A stretch of DNA of 64,000 bases from Gemmatimonadota bacterium. Its GTDB lineage: Bacteria; Gemmatimonadota; Gemmatimonadetes; Gemmatimonadales; GWC2-71-9. Shown piece after piece: positions 10,110 to 20,909 of the stretch. The notes beneath the pieces were generated by a model. That model was not told the DNA's origin. It searched no databases and was given only the letters and a program-made list of their open reading frames with translations. The stretch lies in contig JANNQX010000196.1 of the NCBI GenBank assembly GCA_031400975.1, positions 3,376 through 67,375 on the forward strand, given 5' to 3'. Numbering within the stretch: position 1 is the first letter of the stretch; each line of letters opens with the position of its first letter. The translations under genes and the position numbers were made by a program.

Positions 10110-12751
10110 GCCGCCGACCGGAACCGCCCCGACTGGCGATGGCGTTGCTCCGGCTCCTGACGCCGAAGACCATCCGCGAGTTCATCGTGGGCGATCTGGT
10201 CGAGGGGTTCCACCGCCGAGTCCGTTCCGGCGATCCGGCTGAGGCGGCCCGGTGGTTCTGGCGGGAGGCTCGCAGCGTCGGCCGGGAAATCGGCAGCTAT
10301 CGAGACGACTCAATTCCCCTAACACCACCGAGGCCATTGATGCACGGGGTATTGCAGGACCTCCAGTTTGCGTTCCGCGTCTTTGGCCGCCGCCCGATGG
10401 CCACGGCCATTGCCGTGACGACGCTCGGACTCGGGATCGGCGCCAACGTGGCGATCTTCAGTGTCGTCAAGCCGGTCCTGATTGAGGCCCTCCCCTACCC
10501 CAACGGCCAACGGGTGGTCTTGTTGTGGGAGCGGGAGGCCGACGGCTCGACCAGCAATACCTCCTTTTCGACTTTCGCTGACCTCCGAGCGCAAAGCCGC
10601 ACCCTCGATCAGAAGGCGGCGGTACGGAACTGGAATCCAACCTTGCTGGGGGCCGGCGAATCGAGCCGCCTGACGGGACAACGAGTCAGTGCCGAGTTCC
10701 TTGACGTCTTGGGCGTGGCGCCGGCCCTCGGCAGAGATTTTCGTCCCGAGGAGGACCAGCCGGGTTCCCAGCGGGTGGTGATCCTGAGCCATGGCCTGTG
10801 GCGGAGCCGGTTTGGTGCCGACCCGGCGATCGTGGGGAAAGTGATTTCGCTCGATGGCTACCCCAACATCGTCGTGGGGGTCATGGGCCCGGAATTCGAG
10901 AGCCTGTTGGACCCTAGCGCCGAGCTGTGGTCGCCGCTCCGGTACTCGGTGACGCTGCCGTTCGGGTGCCGGACCTGCCGCCACCTTCGGGCCATCGGCC
11001 GCTTGGCACCGACGGCAACGATCTCGGCGGCCCGAGACGAAATGGGACTGATCGCCGATCGGCTGGTGGCGGCGTATCCGACGGACTATTCGACCCCGGG
11101 TATCGTGGTTGAGTCGCTGAAGACCAATCTGACCAAGGCCACCAAGCCGGCCTTGATGGCCTTGCTTGGGGCGGTCGGCCTGGTGCTGTTGATTGCCTGC
11201 CTCAATGTCGCCAACCTCGCGCTGGGCCAGATGGCGCAGCGCCGGCAAGAGTTCGGAATCCGGCTGGCCCTCGGCGCGGACCGGGAGCGGATACTTCGAC
11301 AAGTACTGATCGAGAGCCTGATGCTCGGCACGTTGGGCGCCGCGCTTGGTGTCGCGGTCGCCTCGGTGGCGCTGAAGAGCATTATCGCCCTGGCGCCGGC
11401 GGCGTTGCCGCGGTTGGGGTCGATCGGACTCGACGGCATCGCGTTAGGCTTTGCGGTCCTGGCCGGGATTGGGACCGGGATCGCATTCGGCCTGGGGCCC
11501 GCCCTGTGGCTGACCCGGGCCGCTGGAGCGGGGCTTCGCCAGACCGCGAAGATCACCGCCGGACCCGAGCGGCATTGGCTCCGGCGCGGCCTCGTGACGG
11601 CTGAGGTGGCCATCGCGGTGCTCCTGGTCGTCGGGGCCGGGCTGGTGTTTCGGAGCATGGGCCAACTCCTTGGCGTCGATCCCGGGTTCGATCCGGACCA
11701 CCTGCTCACCATGGACGTCCAGGTGGCCGGAACGAAATTCGATTCGGATCTGGTCACCCGTGGTTACTTCACAGCGGCGGCCGCCGCGGCGGCCGAGGTG
11801 CCGGGCGTCAGCGCCGTGGCCTGGACCAGTCAATTGCCGCTCGGTGGCAACGTTGACGGCTACGGCGTCGGGATCCGTTCGAAGCCGCTCGCCAATCCCG
11901 CCGACCGGCCATCCGCGGACCGGTACTCGGTCACGCCGGGTTACTTCGAGACGATGCGAATTCCGCTGGTGGCCGGCCGATACCTCAATCCGGCCGATCG
12001 GGACTCCGCCCCACCGGTCGTGGTGATCAACGCGACGTTCGCCCGGCTCGACTTCTCCGGCCGGGACCCGCTTGGCGAGCAGGTTCACTTGGGAGATGAT
12101 GTCAGTCCATGGCGGACGATCGTCGGCGTGGTCGGAGACGTCAGGCACGCTGGTCTCGACCGGCCGGCCGCCCGGCAGATCTACATCCCGGAAGATCAGT
12201 GGCAGTTCGCGGACGGCTCGATGACCATGGTTGTCCGCACCGGATCCGACCCCGCCTTACTGGCTGAGTCGGTCCGATTGGCGGTGCGCCGGGTGGACCC
12301 GGACCCGACGATCGCCAAACTGGCCCCGATGACGACGGTGATCGGCGCCTCGACGGACGCCCGGCGCTTCGTGCTCCGCCTGTTTCAGGCCTTCGCCGCC
12401 CTTTCGTTGCTCCTGGCCGCGGCTGGAATCTACGGGGTCATTTCGAGCGGCGTGGCGGAACGCCACCGGGAGATCGGGATCCGCGCCGCTCTGGGGGCAT
12501 CGGTCCGCGGCATCGAGGGACTCGTCATCAGCGAGGCCGTCAAGCTGGGCACGCTCGGGGTGACCGCGGGGTTGGTGGCCGCCGCCGGGCTATCCCGGTT
12601 CCTTGGTACGATCTTGTACGGGATCGCCCCAACCGATCCGGCCAGTTTCGGCGCCGCGGGTGTCCTCCTTCTCGCGGTGGCAATTGCGGCCGCCTGGATT
12701 CCAGCCCGCCGGGCCGCCCGGCTCAATCCGACGGTGGTCCTCAGAGACTAG
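10106..12751 (+). CDS. ADOP-type duplicated ABC-transporter permease (two MacB-like periplasmic domain plus FtsX-like 4-TM modules)
   Basis: 881 aa. N-terminal cytoplasmic prefix (LLRLLTPKTIREFIVGDLVEGF) typical of PadR-associated permeases, then two repeated modules each ending in an FtsX-like TM bundle (REIGIRLALGA / REIGIRAALGA). Confidence 0.85.
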   Translation: MSRRPEPPRLAMALLRLLTPKTIREFIVGDLVEGFHRRVRSGDPAEAARWFWREARSVGREIGSYRDDSIPLTPPRPLMHGVLQDLQFAFRVFGRRPMATAIAVTTLGLGIGANVAIFSVVKPVLIEALPYPNGQRVVLLWEREADGSTSNTSFSTFADLRAQSRTLDQKAAVRNWNPTLLGAGESSRLTGQRVSAEFLDVLGVAPALGRDFRPEEDQPGSQRVVILSHGLWRSRFGADPAIVGKVISLDGYPNIVVGVMGPEFESLLDPSAELWSPLRYSVTLPFGCRTCRHLRAIGRLAPTATISAARDEMGLIADRLVAAYPTDYSTPGIVVESLKTNLTKATKPALMALLGAVGLVLLIACLNVANLALGQMAQRRQEFGIRLALGADRERILRQVLIESLMLGTLGAALGVAVASVALKSIIALAPAALPRLGSIGLDGIALGFAVLAGIGTGIAFGLGPALWLTRAAGAGLRQTAKITAGPERHWLRRGLVTAEVAIAVLLVVGAGLVFRSMGQLLGVDPGFDPDHLLTMDVQVAGTKFDSDLVTRGYFTAAAAAAAEVPGVSAVAWTSQLPLGGNVDGYGVGIRSKPLANPADRPSADRYSVTPGYFETMRIPLVAGRYLNPADRDSAPPVVVINATFARLDFSGRDPLGEQVHLGDDVSPWRTIVGVVGDVRHAGLDRPAARQIYIPEDQWQFADGSMTMVVRTGSDPALLAESVRLAVRRVDPDPTIAKLAPMTTVIGASTDARRFVLRLFQAFAALSLLLAAAGIYGVISSGVAERHREIGIRAALGASVRGIEGLVISEAVKLGTLGVTAGLVAAAGLSRFLGTILYGIAPTDPASFGAAGVLLLAVAIAAAWIPARRAARLNPTVVLRD

Positions 12752-12929
12752 CCTCGGTGTGTCGAGCAAAGTGATCGCCACTCGGCCGAGGCTTATCCCA
12801 TTGACTTACAAGGCGTTAGGGGGTGGGGCCGGGATGGGGATTGGGCAAGGCCTCTTGACGAAGCCGGAGCAGTCTGACCACCTTTCCCCCGTCCCGGCCT
12901 AACACCTCTTGCCCTTACCACCGAGCGGC

Positions 12930-14189
12930 ATGTCTAACGACAAGCACCTCCGCTGTTCTTTCTGCGGGAAGTCGAAGGATTCGGTCCGGAAGTTCATTTC
13001 CGGGCCCTCGGTCTATATCTGCAATGAATGCATCACCCTCTGCAATGAGATCCTGGCCGAAGACGAAGACCGGGACGTGGTCGACAACATCACCCACGTG
13101 CCGACCCCAAATGAAATCAAAGACGTCCTCGACCAACATGTGATCGGTCAGGACCGGGCCAAGAAGACCCTGGCCGTTGCGGTCTACAACCACTACAAGC
13201 GGATCAATGCCTCCGCCGGCCGGGACAACCAGGTTGAGCTCGAGAAGTCGAACATCCTGCTGCTGGGCCCCACCGGAGTTGGGAAGACGTTATTGGCCCA
13301 AACCCTGGCCCGGATTCTCGACGTGCCCTTCACGATCGCTGATGCCACGACCCTCACCGAAGCCGGGTACGTCGGCGAGGATGTCGAGAACATCTTGGTC
13401 CGGCTCCTTCAGGCCGGCGAGTTCAACGTGGCGGAGTGCGAGCGGGGCATCGTCTACATCGACGAGATCGACAAGATCGCCCGGAAATCGGAAAACCCCA
13501 GCATCACGCGAGATGTGTCCGGCGAAGGCGTCCAACAGGCTTTGCTCAAGATCCTCGAGGGAACGGTCGCGTCGGTTCCGCCTCAGGGGGGCCGGAAGCA
13601 CCCCCAGCAGGAATACATTCAGATCAACACCAAGGACATCCTGTTCATTTGCGGCGGGGCCTTCGACGGCCTCGACAAGATCGTTCAGAACCGGGTCGGG
13701 CGCCAACAAATCGGTTTCGTTGGGGTCCCGGTCGAGGGCGAACCGGATCGGCGCAAAGACCTCGACAAGAAAAACCCGTTCGGCGACGCGGAGCCGGACG
13801 ACCTCTTGCGGTTCGGCCTGATTCCGGAATTAGTCGGCCGGTTGCCGGTGATCGTCCCGCTTGAGTCACTCGATGAAGAGACCCTGGTCCGCATTCTGAC
13901 CGAGCCGAAGAACTCGATCACGAAACAGTACCATAAGTTGTTTGAGCTCGAGGACGTTGGACTGACGTTCGACAGTGAGGCGCTCCGATCGGTCGCCCGT
14001 AAAGCGCTGAAGCGGGGCACCGGCGCCCGTGGACTCCGGGCCATCCTCGAAACCGTCATGACCGACATCATGTTCGATATTCCCTCCCGCGACGATATCC
14101 GCGAAGTGGTGATCACCCCTGAGTCGATCAACGAACACAAACAGCCGCTGGTCATTACCGAGCAGCGCCGCCAGGTCAAGGAGGCGTGA
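12930..14189 (+). CDS. clpX: ATP-dependent Clp protease ATP-binding subunit ClpX
   Basis: Trimmed to ATG 12930 ([15 protein letters not shown]...CNECI zinc ribbon). Walker A GPTGVGKT, Walker [10 protein letters not shown], sensor/IGF-loop region. Confidence 0.96.
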   Translation: MSNDKHLRCSFCGKSKDSVRKFISGPSVYICNECITLCNEILAEDEDRDVVDNITHVPTPNEIKDVLDQHVIGQDRAKKTLAVAVYNHYKRINASAGRDNQVELEKSNILLLGPTGVGKTLLAQTLARILDVPFTIADATTLTEAGYVGEDVENILVRLLQAGEFNVAECERGIVYIDEIDKIARKSENPSITRDVSGEGVQQALLKILEGTVASVPPQGGRKHPQQEYIQINTKDILFICGGAFDGLDKIVQNRVGRQQIGFVGVPVEGEPDRRKDLDKKNPFGDAEPDDLLRFGLIPELVGRLPVIVPLESLDEETLVRILTEPKNSITKQYHKLFELEDVGLTFDSEALRSVARKALKRGTGARGLRAILETVMTDIMFDIPSRDDIREVVITPESINEHKQPLVITEQRRQVKEA

Positions 14190-14794
14190 CCGCACCACCG
14201 ACTTCGCCGCTGGTGACCCTGCCCTTCGAATTCATCGGGAGCTTCCCCGATCCGTTGTATCAACTTGAGCCCTTGCTTCCGGAAGTCGCGTTTCTCGGTC
14301 GGTCCAATGTCGGAAAGTCGAGTTTGATCAACGCGGTCGTCGGGCGGAAGATCGCCCGGACCAGTTCGACGCCAGGCAAGACGCAGCACCTCAACGCGTT
14401 TCGGTTCCCCGAGTTCTATTTGCTCGACCTTCCCGGTTATGGCTACGCCAAGCTGTCTTTGGCAGAGCGGAGGCGGCTCCGCGACTTAATCGACAGCGTG
14501 ATCGCTCGGCGCGCGGGTTTGCGGGCAGTGGTTTGGCTGCTCGACATTCGTCACCCGGTGACCGACAATGATCTGGCGATGGCCGAGCTGCTGGCTGACG
14601 CGAAGCGGCAGACGATCGTGGTACTCACCAAAACCGACAAACTGACCCAATCCGCCCGGATCGTCGCGCACCGGGCGCGGGCGGCCGAACTGGGGGTCGA
14701 ACCGGACGAGTTGGTGATGACCTCGAGTACCAAGGAAACCGGTATTCCCGAGCTTGGGGAGCTGATTGCCGGGGTTGCCTCGGAGGGGCTCTAG
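14186..14794 (+). CDS. engB: Ribosome-biogenesis GTPase EngB/YsxC/YihA
   Basis: G1 [13 protein letters not shown]2/G3 PGKTQ...DLPGYG, G4 TKTDK. GTG start overlaps the clpX stop (GTGA). Confidence 0.88.
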   Translation: MTAPPTSPLVTLPFEFIGSFPDPLYQLEPLLPEVAFLGRSNVGKSSLINAVVGRKIARTSSTPGKTQHLNAFRFPEFYLLDLPGYGYAKLSLAERRRLRDLIDSVIARRAGLRAVVWLLDIRHPVTDNDLAMAELLADAKRQTIVVLTKTDKLTQSARIVAHRARAAELGVEPDELVMTSSTKETGIPELGELIAGVASEGL

Positions 14795-14824
14795 CCGCTC
14801 GATCCCTTTCCAGGACATCATTGG

Positions 14825-15568
14825 GTGCCGATGACCGTAGCCGACGCCTCACTCCTTCATCTCGCCATCGGCGTCATCGCCTTCCTCTACGCGTCCGTTG
14901 GCCATGCGGGCGCGTCAGGCTACATCGCCGTCCTGACCGTTGCCGGCCTCGCCTCGGACGTGGTCCGGCCGACCGCGCTTGCCCTGAACATCCTCGTGGC
15001 GGCACTCACCGGCTACCAGTTCTATCGAGCCGGCTACTTCGGGTGGAGCCGGTTTTGGCCGGTAGCCGCTCTGGCCGTTCCGGCCGCGTTCCTCGGCGGG
15101 TACATCCACATCCCCACCGAACTGTTTAAGATGGTGGTCGGCGCCGTCCTTCTCCTCTCAGCCGCCCGTTTTGCCATCAAGACCAGCGATCCAGCCTCCA
15201 CCCAGTTCCCCAACCTGGCCGTGGCGCTGGCGGCAGGTGCGGGGCTCGGCCTCTTGTCAGGGCTGACCGGGACCGGCGGGGGGGTCTTCCTCACTCCGCT
15301 GATGCTGTTACGCGGTTGGGCCACGACGAAGGAGACCGCTGCGGTGTCGGCGCCGTTCATCTTGGTGAACTCGATCTCGGGGTTGAGCGGGTTCTTGGCG
15401 AGCGGGCGGGCCTTCCCGGAGATCGCCGCGAGCCTGGCGATCGTTGCGGTCGTCGCCGGCGGGCTCGGCGGCTACTATGGCAGCCGGCGGCTCCCGGTAC
15501 GGGCCATTCGATTGCTGCTGGCCGTCGTGTTGCTAACCGCCGGCGTCAAATTGCTCCTCGGCGCCTAA
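14825..15568 (+). CDS. TauE/SafE-family (DUF81) anion-exporter-like membrane protein
   Basis: About 8 hydrophobic helices with Gly-rich repeats (GLLSGLTGTGGGVFLTPL). GTG 14825 or ATG 14831 are both possible starts. Confidence 0.8.
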   Translation: MPMTVADASLLHLAIGVIAFLYASVGHAGASGYIAVLTVAGLASDVVRPTALALNILVAALTGYQFYRAGYFGWSRFWPVAALAVPAAFLGGYIHIPTELFKMVVGAVLLLSAARFAIKTSDPASTQFPNLAVALAAGAGLGLLSGLTGTGGGVFLTPLMLLRGWATTKETAAVSAPFILVNSISGLSGFLASGRAFPEIAASLAIVAVVAGGLGGYYGSRRLPVRAIRLLLAVVLLTAGVKLLLGA

Positions 15569-18441
15569 CTCGCCAGATCGGCCATCACGCCGGCCTGGAG
15601 TCGGCGGCCAAGACCGGGCAACGACGCCGCGAACTCGGCGGCCGGCAGCGGCTGGCCGACAAAGTAGCCCTGGATTTGGTGGCAGCCGTGTTGGGCGAGA
15701 TACGCCGCCTGGGCCCCGGTCTCGACCCCTTCCGCCACGACCGATATCCCGAGTGCCTTACCCAAGGCAATCACGGCGCTGGTGATGGCCGCATCGTCCG
15801 AATCGGTCAACACGTCCTTGATAAACGACTGATCGATCTTGAGCGTTTCCACCGGAAAATGCTTGAGGTAGCTCAGGGACGAGTAGCCGGTCCCGAAGTC
15901 GTCGATGGCGAACCGGACCCCCAGTTTCGCCAGGGCCCGGATTGACGTAGCCACCGGGCTGTCGGGCTGCATCAAGACACTTTCGGTCAACTCGAGCACC
16001 AGGGAGCGGGGCGGCAACTTGGTTTCCTGAAGGATTCCCCAGATCAGGTCAACGATATCGGACCGCTGCAGCTGGCGGCCCGAGAGGTTCACCGACAGCC
16101 GGAGCGGACCGACGCCCTGATCAGCCCAAAGCTTCCCCTGGGCGCAGACGGTTCTGAGAATCCACTCGCCTAACCGAACAATCAGCCCCGACTCTTCGGT
16201 CATGGCAATGAACTCAGCCGGCGACAGCAGCCCTCGCTCGGGGTGATTCCAGCGCACCAGCGCCTCCGCCCCAATGACGGCCCCGGTCGCGGTATCGGCG
16301 ATCGGTTGGTAGACCATCGCGAATTGGCCGGCGTCGACCGCCCGTCGCAATTGCTGGTCGAGCCGCATCCGCCCCATCGCCTCCGAGTTCATCGTCGGTG
16401 AATAGAGCCGAAAGGTGTTCCTCCCGTTTTCCTTGGCGTGGTACATCGCGACATCGGCATTCTTGACCAAGTCCTCGATGGTCTGCCCGTCTTGCGGGTA
16501 CACGGCAATCCCCATGCTGGTGGAGACGTACACCTCGTTGGTGCCGAGCCGGAAGGGCTCGGTGAAACAACTGAGGATTCGCCGGGCCGTCCGATCGGCG
16601 TCTTGGGGGTCGGCCAGGTCGGGCAGCACCACCGTGAACTCATCGCCGCCGAGCCGGGCCACCTCGAGTGGGCCACAATCGCCGGCTATCCGAGAGATCA
16701 CATCGGTCTCGCGGCAACAGACCGACAGACGGCTGGCCACGTCCCGAATCAACTGGTCGCCCAAGTCATGACCCAACGTGTCGTTGATGCCGGAGAAGTG
16801 ATCGAGATCGAGGAAGCACACCGCGACATGCCGACGAGTCCGGGCGGCGCGTTGCAGGGCCTGAGTCAACCGCTCCTTGGAGAGCATCCGATTCGGAAGG
16901 CCGGTGAGATTGTCGTAGAAGGCGAGCAGCCGAACCTGCTCCACCATCCTGGCGTTGCTCAGCGCCACCGCGATGTGATCGGCTAACCGCTCGATTTGGG
17001 TGAGGTCCGCTGCATCGTTCGAAGCGCCCAACCCGCGGCGGATGGCCATGACCCCGAACAACGCCCCGGCAAACCGTAACGGGTAGACATCGATGGGCCC
17101 GTGGCCGCCCCGAATGATGTCGGCAACGAACTGGGGCACCGAGCGATCAGGCCGGTACACGGTGGGACCAACCGGCGCCCGCAGGTCCTTCCAATCTGCG
17201 GCGGAAAATGAGATCGTCTCCTCCACCAACTCAACTCGGCCTTGTCCATCAGCCCACCAGCCTTGACCGCGCCCGGGGTCCGTTTCATCGAACAGGGCAA
17301 CACCTAACGCCTCGCATGGAACCAGATCCGGCAACCGTTTCAATGCCGTCTGAACGATCGTGAGCCGATCCACCGATGAAAGTACCGTGCGATCGATTTC
17401 CGCCGCCGTCGTCACCGCGCGAAACTGACGCCCCACCTGATCGGCCATGGCGTTGAACGAGGACGCCAGCTCCTCGAACTCGTCGCCGCTCGTCACCTGG
17501 ACCCGGGTCTCAAAGTCCTTGATCGTCACCCGCCGGGTGCCCCGCTGGAGCACCATCAGCGGCACCAGACTCCGCCGGATTTGGCTGAGTGCCAACCCAG
17601 CGACCGACCCGACCCCGACGATCAACAGGAGTGGGAACATCCTGGTGAAGTCGGCCATCGGCGCGAGCATCCGACTGGTGGACTCGCTGGCCACGACCCG
17701 CCAGGCCGGAAGCTGGAGCCGACGACTGTCAGGAAAGGCCCGGAACGCGGCTAGGTACGACTCGGCGGAGCCGGACCACTCGAAGCTGCCGCTTCGCTCG
17801 GCGGCCATCCGCGCCGCAACCACCCCGACCACAGGGGGCGGTTCGCCTTTCGCGGCCAGGATGCCCGCAACCGGGTCAACCCAAGCAAACTGGATCGACT
17901 CGGGAAGGAGGTCCCCGTCAGAGGTGGCCCAAAGACCGTCGAGATGGAGCTGGCCGATGACGATCGGCCCCTCACCGCCGGCGCCCGAAATGTGATGCAC
18001 CATGATCAGCCGCTGGCGGCCCCCGACGAGATCGGCGACCACGGCACTCTGCCCGGCCTCAATTTTCGGAAATGGCAAAGCGGCGGTCGCGGCCGTGAGA
18101 TCGCCGACTAACGGCCGGACGGCGCCCGAAGCCGGGTCGAAGAGAGCGGCGGCGGCAAACGGATCGCTCAGGTCCTCATCACAGGCGACACTCGCCGGAG
18201 CCGAGGCGCAACGGATCAGCCTCGGTCCGTTGCGCCGGAGGTCTTCTTCGATCGCTTCGAGTCGATCAAACACCACGCGTTCGATCGCGTTCGCCGCCGC
18301 ATGGAGCCGATCCTCGCTTTGGGTCTCGAGCTGACCCCGGACGCTTCGAAATGAGATCAATGCAATCAAGAGGGTGGGCACCAAAGCCGACCCTATGAAC
18401 AAGAACAGCAGCCGCCGACCGAACCGACTGCCAAACACCAT
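15565..18441 (-). CDS. Membrane sensor with HAMP, GAF, GGDEF and EAL domains (c-di-GMP turnover)
   Basis: Trimmed to ATG 18441 (MVFGSRFGRRLLFLFIG...). Two TM segments flank a periplasmic region. HAMP-like linker, GAF-like region, intact GGDEF (ARLGGDEFTVVL), EAL signature (GAEALVRW, ELTES, DDFGTGYSSL). Confidence 0.9.
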   Translation of the reverse strand: MVFGSRFGRRLLFLFIGSALVPTLLIALISFRSVRGQLETQSEDRLHAAANAIERVVFDRLEAIEEDLRRNGPRLIRCASAPASVACDEDLSDPFAAAALFDPASGAVRPLVGDLTAATAALPFPKIEAGQSAVVADLVGGRQRLIMVHHISGAGGEGPIVIGQLHLDGLWATSDGDLLPESIQFAWVDPVAGILAAKGEPPPVVGVVAARMAAERSGSFEWSGSAESYLAAFRAFPDSRRLQLPAWRVVASESTSRMLAPMADFTRMFPLLLIVGVGSVAGLALSQIRRSLVPLMVLQRGTRRVTIKDFETRVQVTSGDEFEELASSFNAMADQVGRQFRAVTTAAEIDRTVLSSVDRLTIVQTALKRLPDLVPCEALGVALFDETDPGRGQGWWADGQGRVELVEETISFSAADWKDLRAPVGPTVYRPDRSVPQFVADIIRGGHGPIDVYPLRFAGALFGVMAIRRGLGASNDAADLTQIERLADHIAVALSNARMVEQVRLLAFYDNLTGLPNRMLSKERLTQALQRAARTRRHVAVCFLDLDHFSGINDTLGHDLGDQLIRDVASRLSVCCRETDVISRIAGDCGPLEVARLGGDEFTVVLPDLADPQDADRTARRILSCFTEPFRLGTNEVYVSTSMGIAVYPQDGQTIEDLVKNADVAMYHAKENGRNTFRLYSPTMNSEAMGRMRLDQQLRRAVDAGQFAMVYQPIADTATGAVIGAEALVRWNHPERGLLSPAEFIAMTEESGLIVRLGEWILRTVCAQGKLWADQGVGPLRLSVNLSGRQLQRSDIVDLIWGILQETKLPPRSLVLELTESVLMQPDSPVATSIRALAKLGVRFAIDDFGTGYSSLSYLKHFPVETLKIDQSFIKDVLTDSDDAAITSAVIALGKALGISVVAEGVETGAQAAYLAQHGCHQIQGYFVGQPLPAAEFAASLPGLGRRLQAGVMADLAS

Positions 18442-18784
18442 CCGATCACCCGAAATGGGGTGAGATCCGGATGGTCGAAAACGAGTCAGCAAGGTTCTGG
18501 GCTTTCAGCGAGGGTCATCTGCCCACCCTTGAGCAATGGCCATGCCGACAATGGCATGCCGGCTATCCCACTGTTTCACAACAGCTTGGGGGAATCGATG
18601 GGAGCCGATCTCGACTATGAGCGAGGGGTTTCGCGGTCCTTGTTGAGGAAGATTCGCCGGTGCGGGTCCGGAGCAGTCGCTTGCCCTCCTCCAGTAGTCC
18701 CACACCCGGCGCGACTCGGCCCCAGCCGGAAACCACTCCGCCCGATGGCGGGGACTTTCTCCCCGCCTCCGACCATCATTCGGG

Positions 18785-19558
18785 ATGATCAAATGGCCGA
18801 TCCACGCCACACTCGGAGTCGCTCTCTACTACTTGGCCGCCGGTTGCCTGAGTCCGAGCGCGCCGACGCCGCCGGGCTTTCCCGACGGCAAGACCCGGGT
18901 CCTGTTCATCGGGAACTCCCTCACCTACACCAACGACCTGCCCACCATGATCAAGGCAGTCGCCCGGCTCGGCGGCGATACCTCGATCGCCACCGCGTCG
19001 GTGGCCTTCCCGAATTTCGCGCTCGAGGATCATTGGAACGAGGGATCGGCCGCGAAAGCCCTGGCTGGGAGTCGGTGGGAGTTCGTGGTGATGCAGCAGG
19101 GGCCTTCGTCGTTGCCAGAAAATCAAGCCAATCTGGCGACCTGGGCTGGGCGGTTCGATCCCCTGATTCGGGGGGCGGGGGCGGATCCGGTTCTATACAT
19201 GGTGTGGCCCAGCGCCGCGCGGGCAGGCGATTTTCCGGGGGTCTTGGCCGGCTACCGGAACGCCGCGGCCGCCGTCGGCGGGCGGTTTGCCCCCGCGGGC
19301 GACGCCTGGCTAGCGGCCTGGGCGCTCGACCCAGCGACAGCGCTCTACGGCGGCGATGGATTCCACCCCTCGGTGTCGGGAACATATCTGGCGGCCTTGG
19401 TAATTTTGGGCCGGATCAAGGGCCTCGATCCGATGACGTTGCCGGCCACGATTCCATTCGACGGCGGCAGCCTGTCGCTCCCTGAAGCGCGCGTCCGGCT
19501 TCTCCAGCAGGCCGCGGCGACGGCCCTCTCCAGAAACCCAGATCGGCCGACCTCGTGA
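18785..19558 (+). CDS. SGNH/GDSL-like hydrolase lipoprotein
   Basis: Lipobox LAAGC. Block I LFIGNSLTYTNDLP; C-terminal DGFHPS resembles the SGNH block V DxxH. Confidence 0.7.
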   Translation: MIKWPIHATLGVALYYLAAGCLSPSAPTPPGFPDGKTRVLFIGNSLTYTNDLPTMIKAVARLGGDTSIATASVAFPNFALEDHWNEGSAAKALAGSRWEFVVMQQGPSSLPENQANLATWAGRFDPLIRGAGADPVLYMVWPSAARAGDFPGVLAGYRNAAAAVGGRFAPAGDAWLAAWALDPATALYGGDGFHPSVSGTYLAALVILGRIKGLDPMTLPATIPFDGGSLSLPEARVRLLQQAAATALSRNPDRPTS

Positions 19559-20859
19559 TTGCTCGTCTAACGGTTTTCGCCGTCCTCTCGTTGGCCGTGA
19601 CTCAATCGCGGCCGGCGGCCGGTCCGTCCGACCCCGCGGTCGACTCCGCGGTCGCGGCCCGATCGGCATGGCGCGAGATGGTCCGGGCCGAACGGGCCGG
19701 CGACTTGGCCGGAGCGTGGGCGGCCGTGTCCCGCGCCGCGGCGGCCTGGCCCGAGCAACCGACCTACCTCGAAGGACTGGCGGTGATCGCGGCCCGGCGG
19801 AACGACACGACCGCGCTCCTCGGTGCCCTCGACCGCCTCCGCCGGATCGAAGCGGCCGGCTTCTCGGTGGCCGACACCGCTGTGATTCGTTTGGGCGGGG
19901 TACCATCAGTGGGCCGGGCTCTCCGGTCGCTGGCGACGGCGACGGCCCCGGCCCGCCGCAGCACCCGATGGGCCACCCTGGCCGACACCACGATCTACGC
20001 CGAAGGCGTCGGGGCCGACCCGGCCAGTGGGTCGGTCTACTTGGGCAGCGTTAGGCATCGCACCGTCTATCAGATCACGCCCGGCAAACCACCCCGCGAT
20101 CTCGGCTTGGCCCGCTGGCCCCGAATCGGCGCCGTACTTGGGGTCCGTTTCGACCCGGCGCGCGGGGTGGTTTGGGCCACCACGGCCGGGCTGCCGGTCA
20201 TGGCTGGATACCAACCGGGAGACTCGGCGATCGCGGCGTTGCTCAAGATTCGGCCCGAGGACGGAACGATCCTGGCGAGGTACGATCTCCCCGCGGACCT
20301 GCCCCACGTCGCCGGCGACCTGGCGATCGGCCCCGGCGGTGACGTCTTCGTGACCGACTCGCGAAGTCCGGTCGTCTATCGGCTGGCACCGGGTGCGGAT
20401 TCGCTCGCCGGCTTTCAGCACCCGTTGTTTCGTTCGCTCCAGGGCGTGGCGCCGACCCCAGACGGGCGGTTCGTGTTCTTGGCCGATTATTCCCATGGCC
20501 TGCTCCGATGGAACCTCGCCACCGGGGCCGTCGACCGGCTGGCGGCCCCCGGACAGGCCACGACCCTAGGCGTCGACGGAATCGTCCTCGACGGCAATCG
20601 GATCTTTGGAATCCAAAACGGGGTAGTACCGGCCCGTTTGGTTCGGTTCGACCTCGACCGATCCGGCGCCCGGATTCGAGCCATGACGGTCGTCGATCGC
20701 CATCAGCCCTCAGCCGACGAGCCGACCATCGCAACCATCTTGGGCCCAAACCTCGTCTACGTCGCCAATAGCCAGTGGGAGAAGTATGACGACCAAGGAC
20801 AGCGAAAGGCCGGCACGACCCTCGCGCCGACGATCCTACTGGCGCTCAAGATTCGTTAG
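19555..20859 (+). CDS. Secreted hypothetical protein, helical N-region plus beta-propeller-like C-region (SMP-30/gluconolactonase-like)
   Basis: Signal peptide. Ala-rich TPR-like N-terminus. Repeated strand motifs (GDVFVTDS, DGRFVFLAD, VDGIVLDGN). GTG start overlaps the upstream stop (GTGA). Confidence 0.6.
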   Translation: MIARLTVFAVLSLAVTQSRPAAGPSDPAVDSAVAARSAWREMVRAERAGDLAGAWAAVSRAAAAWPEQPTYLEGLAVIAARRNDTTALLGALDRLRRIEAAGFSVADTAVIRLGGVPSVGRALRSLATATAPARRSTRWATLADTTIYAEGVGADPASGSVYLGSVRHRTVYQITPGKPPRDLGLARWPRIGAVLGVRFDPARGVVWATTAGLPVMAGYQPGDSAIAALLKIRPEDGTILARYDLPADLPHVAGDLAIGPGGDVFVTDSRSPVVYRLAPGADSLAGFQHPLFRSLQGVAPTPDGRFVFLADYSHGLLRWNLATGAVDRLAAPGQATTLGVDGIVLDGNRIFGIQNGVVPARLVRFDLDRSGARIRAMTVVDRHQPSADEPTIATILGPNLVYVANSQWEKYDDQGQRKAGTTLAPTILLALKIR

Positions 20860-20909
20860 GCCCGTCACCCGGTGGGAAGCCGAGGCACCAGGCCCCTCCC
20901 GACTGTCCA

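Noticed and set aside
10319-11302. 327-aa ORF antisense to the ADOP permease
   Set aside because: Arg/Pro/Gly-rich translation typical of the wrong frame in high-GC DNA. It overlaps a gene with clear duplicated permease architecture.
7339-12751. tRNA-Leu as an integration site for a genomic island (for example the PadR-ADOP insertion)
   Set aside because: I found no direct repeat of the tRNA 3' end, no integrase, and core genes (tig, clpP) lie between the tRNA and the insertion.
18460-19485. 341-aa ORF overlapping the SGNH hydrolase gene in another frame
   Set aside because: Arg/Pro/Gly-rich with no motifs. The alternative frame (18785..19558) has a lipobox and SGNH block I.
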